64,000 nucleotides of DNA from Paraphysomonas bandaiensis (Eukaryota > Protista > Chrysophyceae). Location: positions 124,001 to 188,000 of the forward strand of contig CBFFRP010000123.1 of assembly GCA_965644295.1 (NCBI GenBank), given 5' to 3'. Position 1 is the first letter of the stretch. Each line of letters begins with the position of its first letter. Below the pieces are notes generated by a model. It ran no database searches and was not told the origin of the DNA. It was given only the letters and a program-made list of their open reading frames with translations. The translations under genes and the position numbers were made by a program. Shown here piece after piece: positions 53,398-64,000 of the stretch.

Positions 53398-55694
53398 ATG
53401 TACAGTGTAGTAGTTCTTGCAGCGGGATATGGTTCCCGGTTCCAAGAGGGTATAATCAGCTCTGATAATACTGATTTAAAATCTTATTTACATCTTCCTA
53501 AAACACTCTATCCTCTATGCGGAATACCACTATTAGATTACTGGCATACTAAAATATGTCAATCTGATGCATGTGATCTTATTAAAGATGTGTTTATAGT
53601 AACCAATCAGCGATATTATGCAACAATAACGCAGTGGGCTCAAACACGTGGTATCAATATATCGAATGTAGTTAATAATAAGAAACATCAATCTGATGAT
53701 GAACAAACTGAATTATCAGATTTGAAGTTATTGTTATCAGTAAAAGCGAGTGAGTTGGATGAATGCAATTTAATCGTAGTTGCTGGAGACACTATTGTGG
53801 ACGAACATTTTACTTTTTCAGATCTCTTGCGTGAAAATTCTGGAGATAATTGCTCGCTTGTGTGTCACGTTAGTTCAGAACTAGTCGGCGCTGACTACGT
53901 GCATACCTCTGGTGCATCGGTTTTAAAAATTTCGAAGGAGAAAAGTTTGGATAATATTCCTGATCTAGTTCTCAACACGATATACACCTTGCCTACTAAA
54001 TCTCGAGGCCACCTCGATGCTTATCTTAGTGGTGTATCATTGAACGAACTGTCCCAGCGCAGTCATGGGGATTTTATTCAGTGGCTTATATCATCTAAAC
54101 GTGTTGCTTTTATGCCTCTGTCAGTACAGCACTGTTTCGATATCGATACTGTTGATACTTATTTCGCTGCAGAAAGATATTTTGCGGAGTACTACTCGAC
54201 TTTGTTGTCAGATCTACCATCTCAAGTAACTGAGTCTTGCCCAGCTCGTGTCGGACTAATGGGAAATCCATCAGATGGGTTTAATGGTAAAACCGTCAGC
54301 TTTACTGTCAATAACTTCCATGCGCAAGTTTTCATCACTGCCAATGCTGACTCACGAAATCGGGATGTTGACATTGTCCCTCATTCGGAATTTGACCAGA
54401 CAAGATACAGCTCTATGGACCATTTGTACCAACAAACTTTATTAAATGTAGGTGAATAGTACTGTCGTTTCTATGTTGATGAGCGCTTGGTAGGGTTATT
54501 ACGGCGGACAGAGGCTGTTACAAGCGACATGTAAAGCATTTGCCCAACGCTGTTCGATGAAAGGCCTTACTATTCATATGCAAAGAGGATTTCGAATGAG
54601 CTATGATTCTAATATTCCACGCAGGGTAAATATTTCCTGTTTGTCTGTTTACTAGTTGTCTACGTTAGCACTCCTTGATGATATTAACGAAAACATATTT
54701 CTAGGTGGGCTTATCAGGTTCTAGTGCCATAATTGTCGCCGCCTATCGAGCTCTAATGAAGTTCTACGGAGTTCAGCTAGATCATCTTGGAATAGCTGTA
54801 GATGGTAATCCCAATGTTTGTAAAATACTAAAGCTTTATGAATATATTGTTGTGTAGAGTTCCCTCAGGTTATTCTAGATATTGAGAATGAGGAACTCGG
54901 TATTACAGCAGGTCTTCAGGATCGTGTTATTCAGACCTACGGGGGACTCGTTCACATGGATTTTACTCAGCTTCCATTGAATAAGAAAGGAGTATATACG
55001 TCATTGGACCCTGTGTTGCTACCAGAGTTTTATTTGGCTTACAATATAGAAGCCGGTATGTATGTAGCGTTACTGTAGTTTATCTCACTTTATCTTTGTA
55101 CCAGGAGGTGACTCTGGTAAAGTTCACTCTTCTGTTCGTGAACGCTGGAATATGAAGGATCGGGACGTTTGCGAAGGTAGGTTTTCGTAATATTAATATT
55201 AAAATTTGCTAATGTTTCTTTTAATCTCGCATGTATCAGGATTTTCTACGCTGGGCGACCTGGCAGACCAAGCCCGAGACTGCTTGCAATCAGGAGACAG
55301 GTCTACACTTGCTTCGTTGATGGACAAGAATTTTTCATTACGTAGACGAATATATGGAGATGAGGTATACCTTTCGCATACGGTTGCTGTCGTCGCAGTT
55401 GCGAGCCTTTTTATATTTCGAGTTGTTGGTGTTAAGGGCTGAATATACAGGTTGTTGGGGAACATAATATCCGGGTGGTTCAGCTTGCTAATGATCTCGG
55501 TTTTGCGGCCAAATTTACTGGAAGTGGAGGGGCGATTCTGTGCTTGCTTCGTGATGGATCTGGATGGTTAGTTATGCTTTAGAGGTTATGAGTGTTTCGT
55601 AATTTTTTCTTGTAGGATGCTGGAAGAATCTGAGCGTCATGCCGTGGATGCATTCCGTCGTGAGGGATTTAAACTTGTTCGAATTATACAATAA
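53398..55694 (+). CDS. Bifunctional nucleotidyltransferase-glucuronokinase (GHMP kinase) fusion
   Basis: VVVLAAGYGSR..LPK and VAGD (NTP transferase); ARVGLMGNPSDGFNGKT, NIPRRVGLSGSSA, AGLQDRVIQ, AKFTGSGGA (glucuronokinase). Confidence 0.9.
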
Positions 55695-56162
55695 TCTATT
55701 ATAGACAGTTTTCTATTTCACGTTCTATCATCAAGTATAATGTATTTTTGTTGTATTGAAAATTTCGTATATTTAGTTTTCGTTCAGTTATCTGTAACGA
55801 TCAAAGTAAGGAGTGATAGAATCCGTCGCCACTGTAGAGTAGAAAACAAGTCTCATTGATTTCCGCGAAATAAAGTTATTTTTCACATCCCGACGGCGTA
55901 AAATCCGGTAAGTGGTATACCACCATATTGTCCACGAAAAAGGCTCGCCTCTTCTCTCCTCCTTTTTCACCCATGCTACTATAAACTATTTTCATGTAGC
56001 TATCCCTGTGCGGATAGGGTGGATTAGGTGTGGTGCAGTGAGATATATACTTCTCAAGCGAGAACTAATATATAAGTCTTAAAATGTAGCTATGTCCTAA
56101 CTAGAATAATGTATACCATGTTGGGAAATGCTCATTTTACTTAGATCAAAGAGAGATTAAGT

Positions 56163-56411
56163 TGTTAGACTAGATAGATTTATTAATATCGTTTACACGA
56201 ATTGTGTTAAACAACACAAGCTCGTTTTGTGCCATGCATAAATCACTACTTCTGTAGACCTTTCGCTACTAAACATATCTTGAAAGAGCAAACTATTTCA
56301 GTTTTCTCAATATCATAACAGCATCTACACATCACCATACTTCACTGTATTCTCGTACATTGTCTTCAAGTACCACATTGAATATACTAGGATACAGTCC
56401 ATATTCTAATA
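56163..56411 (-). mobile_element. Solo LTR of the Copia family seen at 26.5 kb
   Basis: Colinear with 26493-26756 over its length; ends TGTTAG...TTCTAATA on the + strand; no TSD recognised. Confidence 0.75.
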
Positions 56412-56576
56412 TACCACAACATGAAGAAGGGTTTTCGGTGTATTACTGGCTACAATTAGTCGCAGTTTTTTATAATAAGTAGTTGCACCAATATCATAAT
56501 AAATAGAAATGACTAGATTTATAGCTCTTCGATCAAGATCGGAAAGCTTGATCGATTAGGGGTATATATCATATAT

Positions 56577-57351
56577 CAGGGATAGGGAACAATATATTGT
56601 ATTGCAATACATTGTACAATATATTGCAATATATTGTAAAATATATTGATTGGTGGACTGGTCAAATATTTCATCAATAGTGTTTCTGTTAAAAGAGCTC
56701 ACAATACTATTGCAATATATTGCAATCAATATTATGATAGTCATATAAGAGAAGATTCTCAACTGTAGGGTGCAAAATGGATATATATATCCGAGAAATT
56801 GATTACAACATTACAGAGGATAATGAAGCTGATGTTGACTATGCGAGACTAAAAATCCTCAGTCAGCTCAAAAAAGTAAGAAACGTACAGATCCACGAGT
56901 CATTAACGGTTGCCTGGCCCTGGTATGTACTTCCAATACATATGGGAACGTCTGTTCAGCACAGCTAGACATATTATATCAGTGTTGCGCAAAAGTATCC
57001 ATCCTACTTAATATGCTGTTGTTTCTAGCATATTTCAATTAATTCTGTGGATAAATATGGTGATGTTGACGTCACCAATGATGGCTCAAAGGATGAGAAC
57101 GAGGTGGATTTTTAGTAGCTATAAGCAGCAGTTGGTTTGGTTGTCATGTGATCTTAATGACTAATACTAAAAATGAAATCTACGGATGTGTTTACCTACT
57201 GATTAGTCATACTAATATATTGCAATACATTGACAATATATTGCAATATATTGTAATTGTATTGTAGGACCGGTTTAAAAAATCCATCAATACTATTGAT
57301 GGAACGCTATCTAACAATAGTATTGCAATATATTGTTGTTCCCTATCCCTG
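56577..57351. mobile_element. 775-bp non-autonomous TIR element (hAT-like)
   Basis: 16-bp TIR CAGGGATAGGGAACAA / TTGTTCCCTATCCCTG; subterminal TATTGCAATA palindromes at both ends; imperfect 8-bp flanks TCATATAT / GTATATAT. Confidence 0.8.
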
Positions 57352-57791
57352 GTATATATATATATCAAACCGAAATACTACATCTGAACTATTTGCTGGC
57401 TACACCTTTACTCATCCTCTGAGCCATTATTAGTGACGTTGTTGTCATCATTACCACATAGAGAAAGATGAGATCTATTATTGGACCTCGCTAGTCAACA
57501 ACTGGTTGTAGTTCCTATGAAAATTGGTGTAAATACCTAGTGAAGTAGTTGAAAAACTTAGTCATTTCTTAATTTATATATAGTATTTCCATCATTTAAA
57601 TAACAATACTATTCGAAATTACTCTTTCGCGATAAGTTTTTACGGTAATATGGCGATCACGATATGTTTTTGGGTACATTAGTTTTTCATATATTTGAAA
57701 TACGTTAGAATATTAACAATAGAATAGAATATATATATAATATATAATACAAGTATACAAGTATACAGGCAAATAACAATAACAATCTTTG

Positions 57792-59481
57792 TCGATATGA
57801 AAGTGGATGCCTCACCATCTGAAGAAAAACTACCGTTTATTACACACGCATGTACGTCATTTACTGGGCCCTTTTTCAGCGAAGTAATTGCACGGCTTGG
57901 CAGAGGTTTTAGTAAAAGCAGCGGGAAGAGTTTTACAAATTCACCCGACGATGAAAAAGTGGCGAAAGCCCCGAATCTTCTGACAATGTATGTTTCTGAT
58001 GTGTCGTAGCCGAACAAATCACCGGGAAATTCTTGTGATTTGACAACAAGTTCTGGATGGTCTAACTCGAGATATCACCTCGAGATTTGAGGATATTATC
58101 ACCTGGAGATATGACCGCCCCTTCACTCAGCAGAAAGTGAACAGTACCAACCGCAACGGCCCTCAAAGGTATGTACATCTCCATCACTTCGATCTACACA
58201 AAAGCGTCGCCGGCATCTGGAACAAGAAGGCGCGCGATCTTACCAGCTAAAGTGGCTTTCAAATTAGTTGGATCATACTCAGGTGAAAATATACATGTGT
58301 ATCCATCTAGAATAATTCTCAGGGATCCGCTTCCTTCACTCTGTATGTACACCAGCCTACTTTGCCCTCGCTCATTGAGCAGATACCCTCCATCCGTTAG
58401 CTGCCGTACACTGACCTCTTCAGACTTAGAACAACTACTAATAATGACACTGGTAGGCCCACTGCGACAACAGCCAATTCTGTATTTAATATTGTTTTAA
58501 ATGAGTTCAATAGTTTTGCTCTTAATATCTTTGGGTGGCATTTGGTGTCCAAGTTGTCCAAGAATGAATTTCGTGAATCTTCGAAGTGTCTGAACCCTAA
58601 AACGGTTGCACCACATACAGCTATGAGACAGCTCGGTGGAGCATTCCTATAATCCACAGTTCTAAACTCCTTTTGGTGAGCAATTCTTTGATCTAACCAC
58701 TCCGTGGATATTCGATTATTTACGTAGTCATCAGATTCCATTATTCGGATAATGAACTCCACTGTAGTACACATATCACCTCTGATTTCGAGTTCCTTAA
58801 GGGCAACTACCATCGCACGTTTGGCTGCCTCGCGATTCTTTCCATGGGCAAATATATGACCAAAAATTCATGGATAAGGTCACTGTTATTCACTGAGAAG
58901 TATTCCCAAACGTCAATGGCGGACCGACTTCCTTTCGACAAGTCACCTGAATGGCCACTTGATAGAAAACGCGCAATAATACTACCTATCTTATGCCCTT
59001 CCCATCACCTCCTTCACTGGGCTTGATCATAAGAGGAAAACCAATAGCGACCGCACTTTCAACAGCTTGATGTGCAGTCTTGACATTTGCTTTATCATAA
59101 ACCTCGAGAGATAGGCCTTCCAGAGCGGAGTCCACCTGGAACGTTTACTACTTCATCTGCGAGTCGTATGAACTCCGCATTGGCCCTTAAATCATCAGGA
59201 GTGCACATTACAACAAACTTAATCTATATTCACACGTTAGCTTCACCAAATCATGCACTTTAAAATAGTTACCATTCTCTCATTGCCGAATGTTAGATAT
59301 GCCCACTTTCGTATGGATCGAATGGCTTTCACAGCTCCTATTCCTATAATACAGTTACGAGCCCTCCGTAGGATAATGTCAGCTTACCATTATTTGCAAT
59401 CAGCACTTTCTTAATAACATGATCTCCATTAGACCATGTAACAAAATCCTCCACACTATTAAAAAACTCTTGCTCATACAT
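57792..59481 (-). pseudogene. ACC pseudogene: 5' half only, three large deletions, frameshifts
   Basis: Matches 5291-5641, ~5954-6168, ~6873-7839 and ~9120-9307; biotin motif mutated to EVMEM; TGA after about 97 codons. Confidence 0.93.
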
Positions 59482-60057
59482 ACTTCTACAGTTGATAGCG
59501 AGGAAGAGACAATGAAATCAAGTGAGTAGCCAAAAAGACGGAAGAAATATACTGATTAACTTGTCGAATTGAAGGATTGTGCTGTCAGCGACAAGCGTCT
59601 TCGATTATAGTTATGACTGAGTCAGCTCAACGATTATGCGACTGGTGGGTGTGTATGTATCTCTGTACAGTCTCTAGAAGAAAGAAGAGACGAAGTCAAT
59701 GCATGATCTTCTGACTTTGACGTCCCTTCGTTGATATGATGAGAATGAAAAGATGGGAACCATCATCACCACTCCAATGGCCGGAGATGTGGAGATGTAG
59801 CCCGTACATGGACCACCAATCATCCCAATATCCATACTGTATCTACACACTTGTTGTGTATGTAGCCCGTATCAATGTAGGTCGTTGATGTAGCCCGTCC
59901 ATTGAACTGACGCAAATGTGTCCAAAACATGGAGGCATGAGATGCTGTCCTCACAGCTGCAGATATGCATACATTTTGAGTTACTCGAATAAACTGCAAT
60001 CTTCAAACAAGTCATTAAGCCTTACAGTCATTTCTTTTCAAGATCTTCATTCAAAGA

Positions 60058-62037
60058 ATGTCACTTGCTCCTGTTGTTCAATATTCCGATTATGAAATTC
60101 AGTTTCCTCAAATTCAGGTGACTGTATATGCATCTAATTACATCGAACTAAAGTATAGTGTATTACAGGAAGGTGGATGGGGGAAGGTTACTACTACACT
60201 ACATCTACTTGATTATCGATTAACTATGAAGTTTTTTATCTATAGGTGTACTCTGCTAAACGATTGTCGGATGGCAGTGAAGTTGCAATGAAGTTTTTTG
60301 GTTATACTCGCCAGCCGCCACACCCGGAAAGTATTGCTAGAGAAATTGAGTTAATGGTTTTGCTTCGCGGTGTTGAGGGTTCTGTACAACTTATTGGAGT
60401 GTTTGATGATACCCCTGAAGGATTGAGTACGTTAGACGCTTTATTTGTGTCATATAACCCGTTGTAGTTCCAGATAAAAAGTTTCTTAAGTCTTACCCAG
60501 TAATCGTCATGGAGAAGCTGTGTGGTGGTGATTTGTATGAACGAATAATACAACGTACTCATATTACGGAACGCTACCTGGCATACTCATTCAAGACCGC
60601 GATGTTGGCTTTACGAACCTTGCATCAAAACGGATATATTCACAGGTACGACTCATATATGATACCATTGTTATTATGACAAATGAATAGAGATTTAAAG
60701 GCAGATAATATGGTTTACGTTTCCCACTCCGAACCATCTGCCATCAAGCTTATTGACTTTGGGCTCATGGTGCATCTCCCCGGCAATAATAAAGTGCTTC
60801 GCTGTAATTCCCTGGTAGGCACGGAAGGAATGCTTGCTCCTGAGTCAATTTTGCACCTTGAATACTCCCCCAAGACTGATATATGGCAGGCGGGATGTAT
60901 TCTATACTCAATGCTTTCTGGTCGGTCACCTTTTCACAGTAATTCAAAGGACCAAGACCAGAAAACATATTTCACGTATAGGCCTATGGCGGGAACGGCT
61001 TGGAATGGAATTTCATCGGAAGCCAAAGACCTGGTTTCTAAAATGCTAAACAAAAATCCGCAGGAAAGACTCGATATTGATGCTATTCTTGCCCACCCTT
61101 GGATTAATAACCCAAGTGTTGGCGTTGAACGAGACTTTGGAGACGACTACACTCAACGTATTAAGACACTGGCATTGCGAAATAAGATCAAGTGCGCTTT
61201 TCTCGCCCTTCGAATTGAGGATAGTCACAAGTTACGACGAGAAAGCTTTGAGGAAGTTCTCCCTTTTTTAAAGAAGCAATCTGAGTCGGGAGACGATGGG
61301 CCGACCACGGACGGCGATAACACCTGGCAAAATTTAGGAGCCAAAATTCAACAGCTAAAACTGAAGCTTGTAGAAGCCATATATGACCACCCCGAAAATT
61401 CTGATAACAATAGCGAAGAGGAAGCTCCTTCCCACAAGCGTCGTCGGCTGACTTGCAATAAGGAGATTAATTATTCCGCCTTTTGCAATCTGGTTAGATG
61501 TGCCGGATTGGATATTCTTGCCAGAGAGGACATATTCGATATCTTCGACACCAACGGGGATGGGACGGTTGACATGAAAGAGTTTTTATTAAATTTACTT
61601 GCTTTGCAACCCTCTAATAAAACAGAACACGAGGATTTAGAAGCGGCTAAACTTTATTTTAAAATGTTCGATGTAGATGAAAACGGCAGTATAAGCAAAG
61701 AAGAGCTAGAGGTGCGAAAGTTGCACAATCACTTGTGTGTATAACTGTTTCCCAGCTCGTCATGTGTTGCCTGCTTTATGATGGCGCCGGTCCGTTGTTG
61801 GTAACAAGTGACTGTGATGTTACGGTACTGAATATTGAAGCTTTATTCGATCACATTAACTGGAAGCAGAACGGATCCATCGGTATTTTATAGTTTTGGT
61901 TTTGTTTCAACCTACTAAGTATTTCAGATTTCGAGGAGTTCGAAAGATTCTACAACGCCGTTTTATTACCATCGAGGATTTCACGATCAAAGAGATCGCT
62001 AGCAAGTTCGGTTGATGGCAGGGCGATATCTCTATAA
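60058..62037 (+). CDS. CDPK-like kinase with EF-hands (paralog B), intact
   Basis: Same exon structure and catalytic motifs as paralog A; C-terminus ...SRSKRSLASSVDGRAISL-TAA. Confidence 0.9.
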
Positions 62038-63405
62038 GGCAGGTACCTGTGCTACCGCTCCTACTCCTTTGTGGGGAATTTATGTGTCAGGAATACGCAC
62101 TCTGAGGTTAGCATTGATGTTTTATGTTTGTAGCCTTAATGTTGTAATCTCAGGTGCACAGCTGTGATCAAATGTATTATTGCATTGCAAGTCCTAAAGT
62201 ATTTAAGTAATAAGGGTTGATGTCAGTAGCGCAGATTAATGTAATGCGCGAGTGTAATGTGCACTATTAAAGTTTGGTCGTAACAATAACTTGTGTTTTC
62301 ATTTTTTGCTACAGCTCGGAGACATTTCACAAAACGCTAATTTCTTTATTAGTATGTTACACAATGTTAAGCAAAGAATATTTATGAATCAAGTTTTAAT
62401 GGCAGATCATCAGACACGCCAAAAAGACACATTTCAATGATACTGCAATTTATTTCTATTCGGCAAAAGGATTATATTTTGTATTTGACATATACCCTCT
62501 TTACAGAGGGCTTCCTCGAGCTATAAAACAAATATAAAATAACTAAGATTTTGAGAAGTTATAAAATGAATTTAAATAACAATAGTCTTCAAAATTACTC
62601 TTTCGCGATTAGCTTTTACGGTAATATGGCGATCACACCAATATACTTTAGGGTGAATTAGTTTTTTATATATTTGAAATAATTTAAATATGAACAATAG
62701 AATATTATATACAATATAAATACAATATTTAATATTTGAGAAGTTATAAAATGAATTTAATGTTGAGTTCTGCTATTTGAGAGCAAGCTGTAGTTCAAAG
62801 ATATTTCACTTATGACTGTTAATGGAGGAATACAGAAATGGTTAACTGTATTATGAGAACTAGTGTGATGATAGCAATAATCATAGTAGTGAAACTGAAA
62901 TATATGGACCATATAAAATGGTGACATCTAATATTGTGTGCAATTGATTAGTAGTTGAGACAATATGAATTTGGCGATTGACAAAGTGATATTGATCATA
63001 AGTTTCTTCTATCTTACTATATCTAAGCAAAAAGAGTGAAAGTATTGTTCAGTTATGTCAATTCAGGTTACAATGACTAGTAGGTAACTATGACGATATG
63101 TTAACAGTGTGTGTGAAGAATATTTTTTACTACTTTCTCACATATAATAATATATTATTATATATTACTTCAGTTTTACCATATAACTGCCATTTTCCGC
63201 CCACCCGGACGCCATCTTCATGTGAGACACGCGCCAGTGAGTCCTCAGACACACGAGCAGGGCGAACTCACACACAACATCAAGAACGGAAGTGGTTGCA
63301 CCTTGGTGCTTGCGGCGACGCACAAGCAGCTTCTGTAGCGTTAAATAGTAGGATAATAGAATTTGTGCTGATTAGTTATGGGTAGAGGCTTACTAGTAGA
63401 CTAGT

Positions 63406-63474
63406 ATTCAACTAGCCGCTATATCGGAACGAGTTTTTAACGCCTATTGCTAAATAAAAAGACATTCAATATAT
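63406..63474 (-). repeat. Dispersed repeat fragment, inverted copy of about 13026-13093
   Basis: Reverse complement TATTGAATGTCTTTTTATTTAGCAATAGGCGTTAAAAACTCGTTCC... matches 13026-13093 with about 3 mismatches. Confidence 0.75.
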
Positions 63475-64000
63475 ATATGTGAGACTTCGCGGCACAGCAC
63501 CCACACCGACTATACTCATTATCTACTCAAAACACCACCACTCTACAAACACATCCACTCGGCGTGCCCCAGCGCGGCCACGCTCTCTACCCCCGTTAAG
63601 AGACGACACGTACTCTTACATATCCGAATACTCTCCCTTTCAGGTGGTGTGAATCCATTCAACCTACTATCCTACACCTGCATGCCTCCCGGACGGACAC
63701 CTTCACCATCAAGAAGTGCCACCGAGGTGTTATCTAATGGACTACCCCCTGACAACTAAGTACCATCTTCGGGACACGGTTACACCATGGTACTTGAATC
63801 AATAATGCACAAGTAGTTCCGGAGAACGGTACAACGCAGCAAATCATTGTACTGTGCTCATAATATCGAAACAACAGTAGAATCAAAAGTTTGAATACCT
63901 TGTTACTTGTTACTAATAATAGTAGTTCACTATAACTTAGTACATCCATCAACAAAGTCGGGCTCACACCTTTTCGTGGTGTTCTGGGGGATAAGTACAG

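Larger units (their letters stand above)
57594..62725 (-). repeat. Inverted segmental duplicate of about 2091-9307 (kinase + promoter + 5' half of ACC)
   Basis: Reverse-complement colinearity with 2091-9307, introns included. Confidence 0.95.

Noticed and set aside
5291-55694. Metabolic gene cluster (ACC, MVD, glucuronokinase fusion)
   Set aside because: Different pathways, widely spaced and interleaved with unrelated housekeeping and ciliary genes
63480-64000. C-rich segment resembling a retroelement fragment
   Set aside because: No RT, endonuclease or integrase motif in any frame, and it is cut by the window edge
1-64000. tRNA, rRNA or CRISPR loci
   Set aside because: None recognised by eye; tRNAscan-SE and Infernal would be needed to exclude small RNAs

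Overview
Eukaryotic nuclear DNA with short GT-AG introns (mostly 44-56 nt) and motile-cilium genes. A flagellated stramenopile such as a chrysophyte is likely, but that is inference. About 19 protein genes can be modelled: ankyrin-repeat protein, two CDPK-like kinase paralogs, cytosolic acetyl-CoA carboxylase, WDR27, RPS15A, MVD, CFAP53, DNAAF9/Shulin, an EEF1AKMT4-like methyltransferase, NUF2, TMEM138, a nucleotidyltransferase-glucuronokinase fusion and several unknowns. Sixteen sit in head-to-head pairs with 560-760 bp spacers. Two accessory structures stand out. (1) A 6.3-kb composite insertion (12618-18933) is bounded by direct copies of a small TG...CA element and an exact 5-bp TSD, and carries a decayed P-loop NTPase + restriction-endonuclease-fold (Crinkler/CR-type) gene and a foldback element. 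(2) An inverted, terminally redundant duplicate of the kinase-promoter-ACC block (57.6-62.7 kb) has lost ACC to microhomology deletions, while the kinase stayed intact and diverged almost only by amino-acid changes in substrate-recognition segments. Copia remnants, a solo LTR and a hAT-like MITE are also present. All gene models and family calls were made by eye, without database searches.
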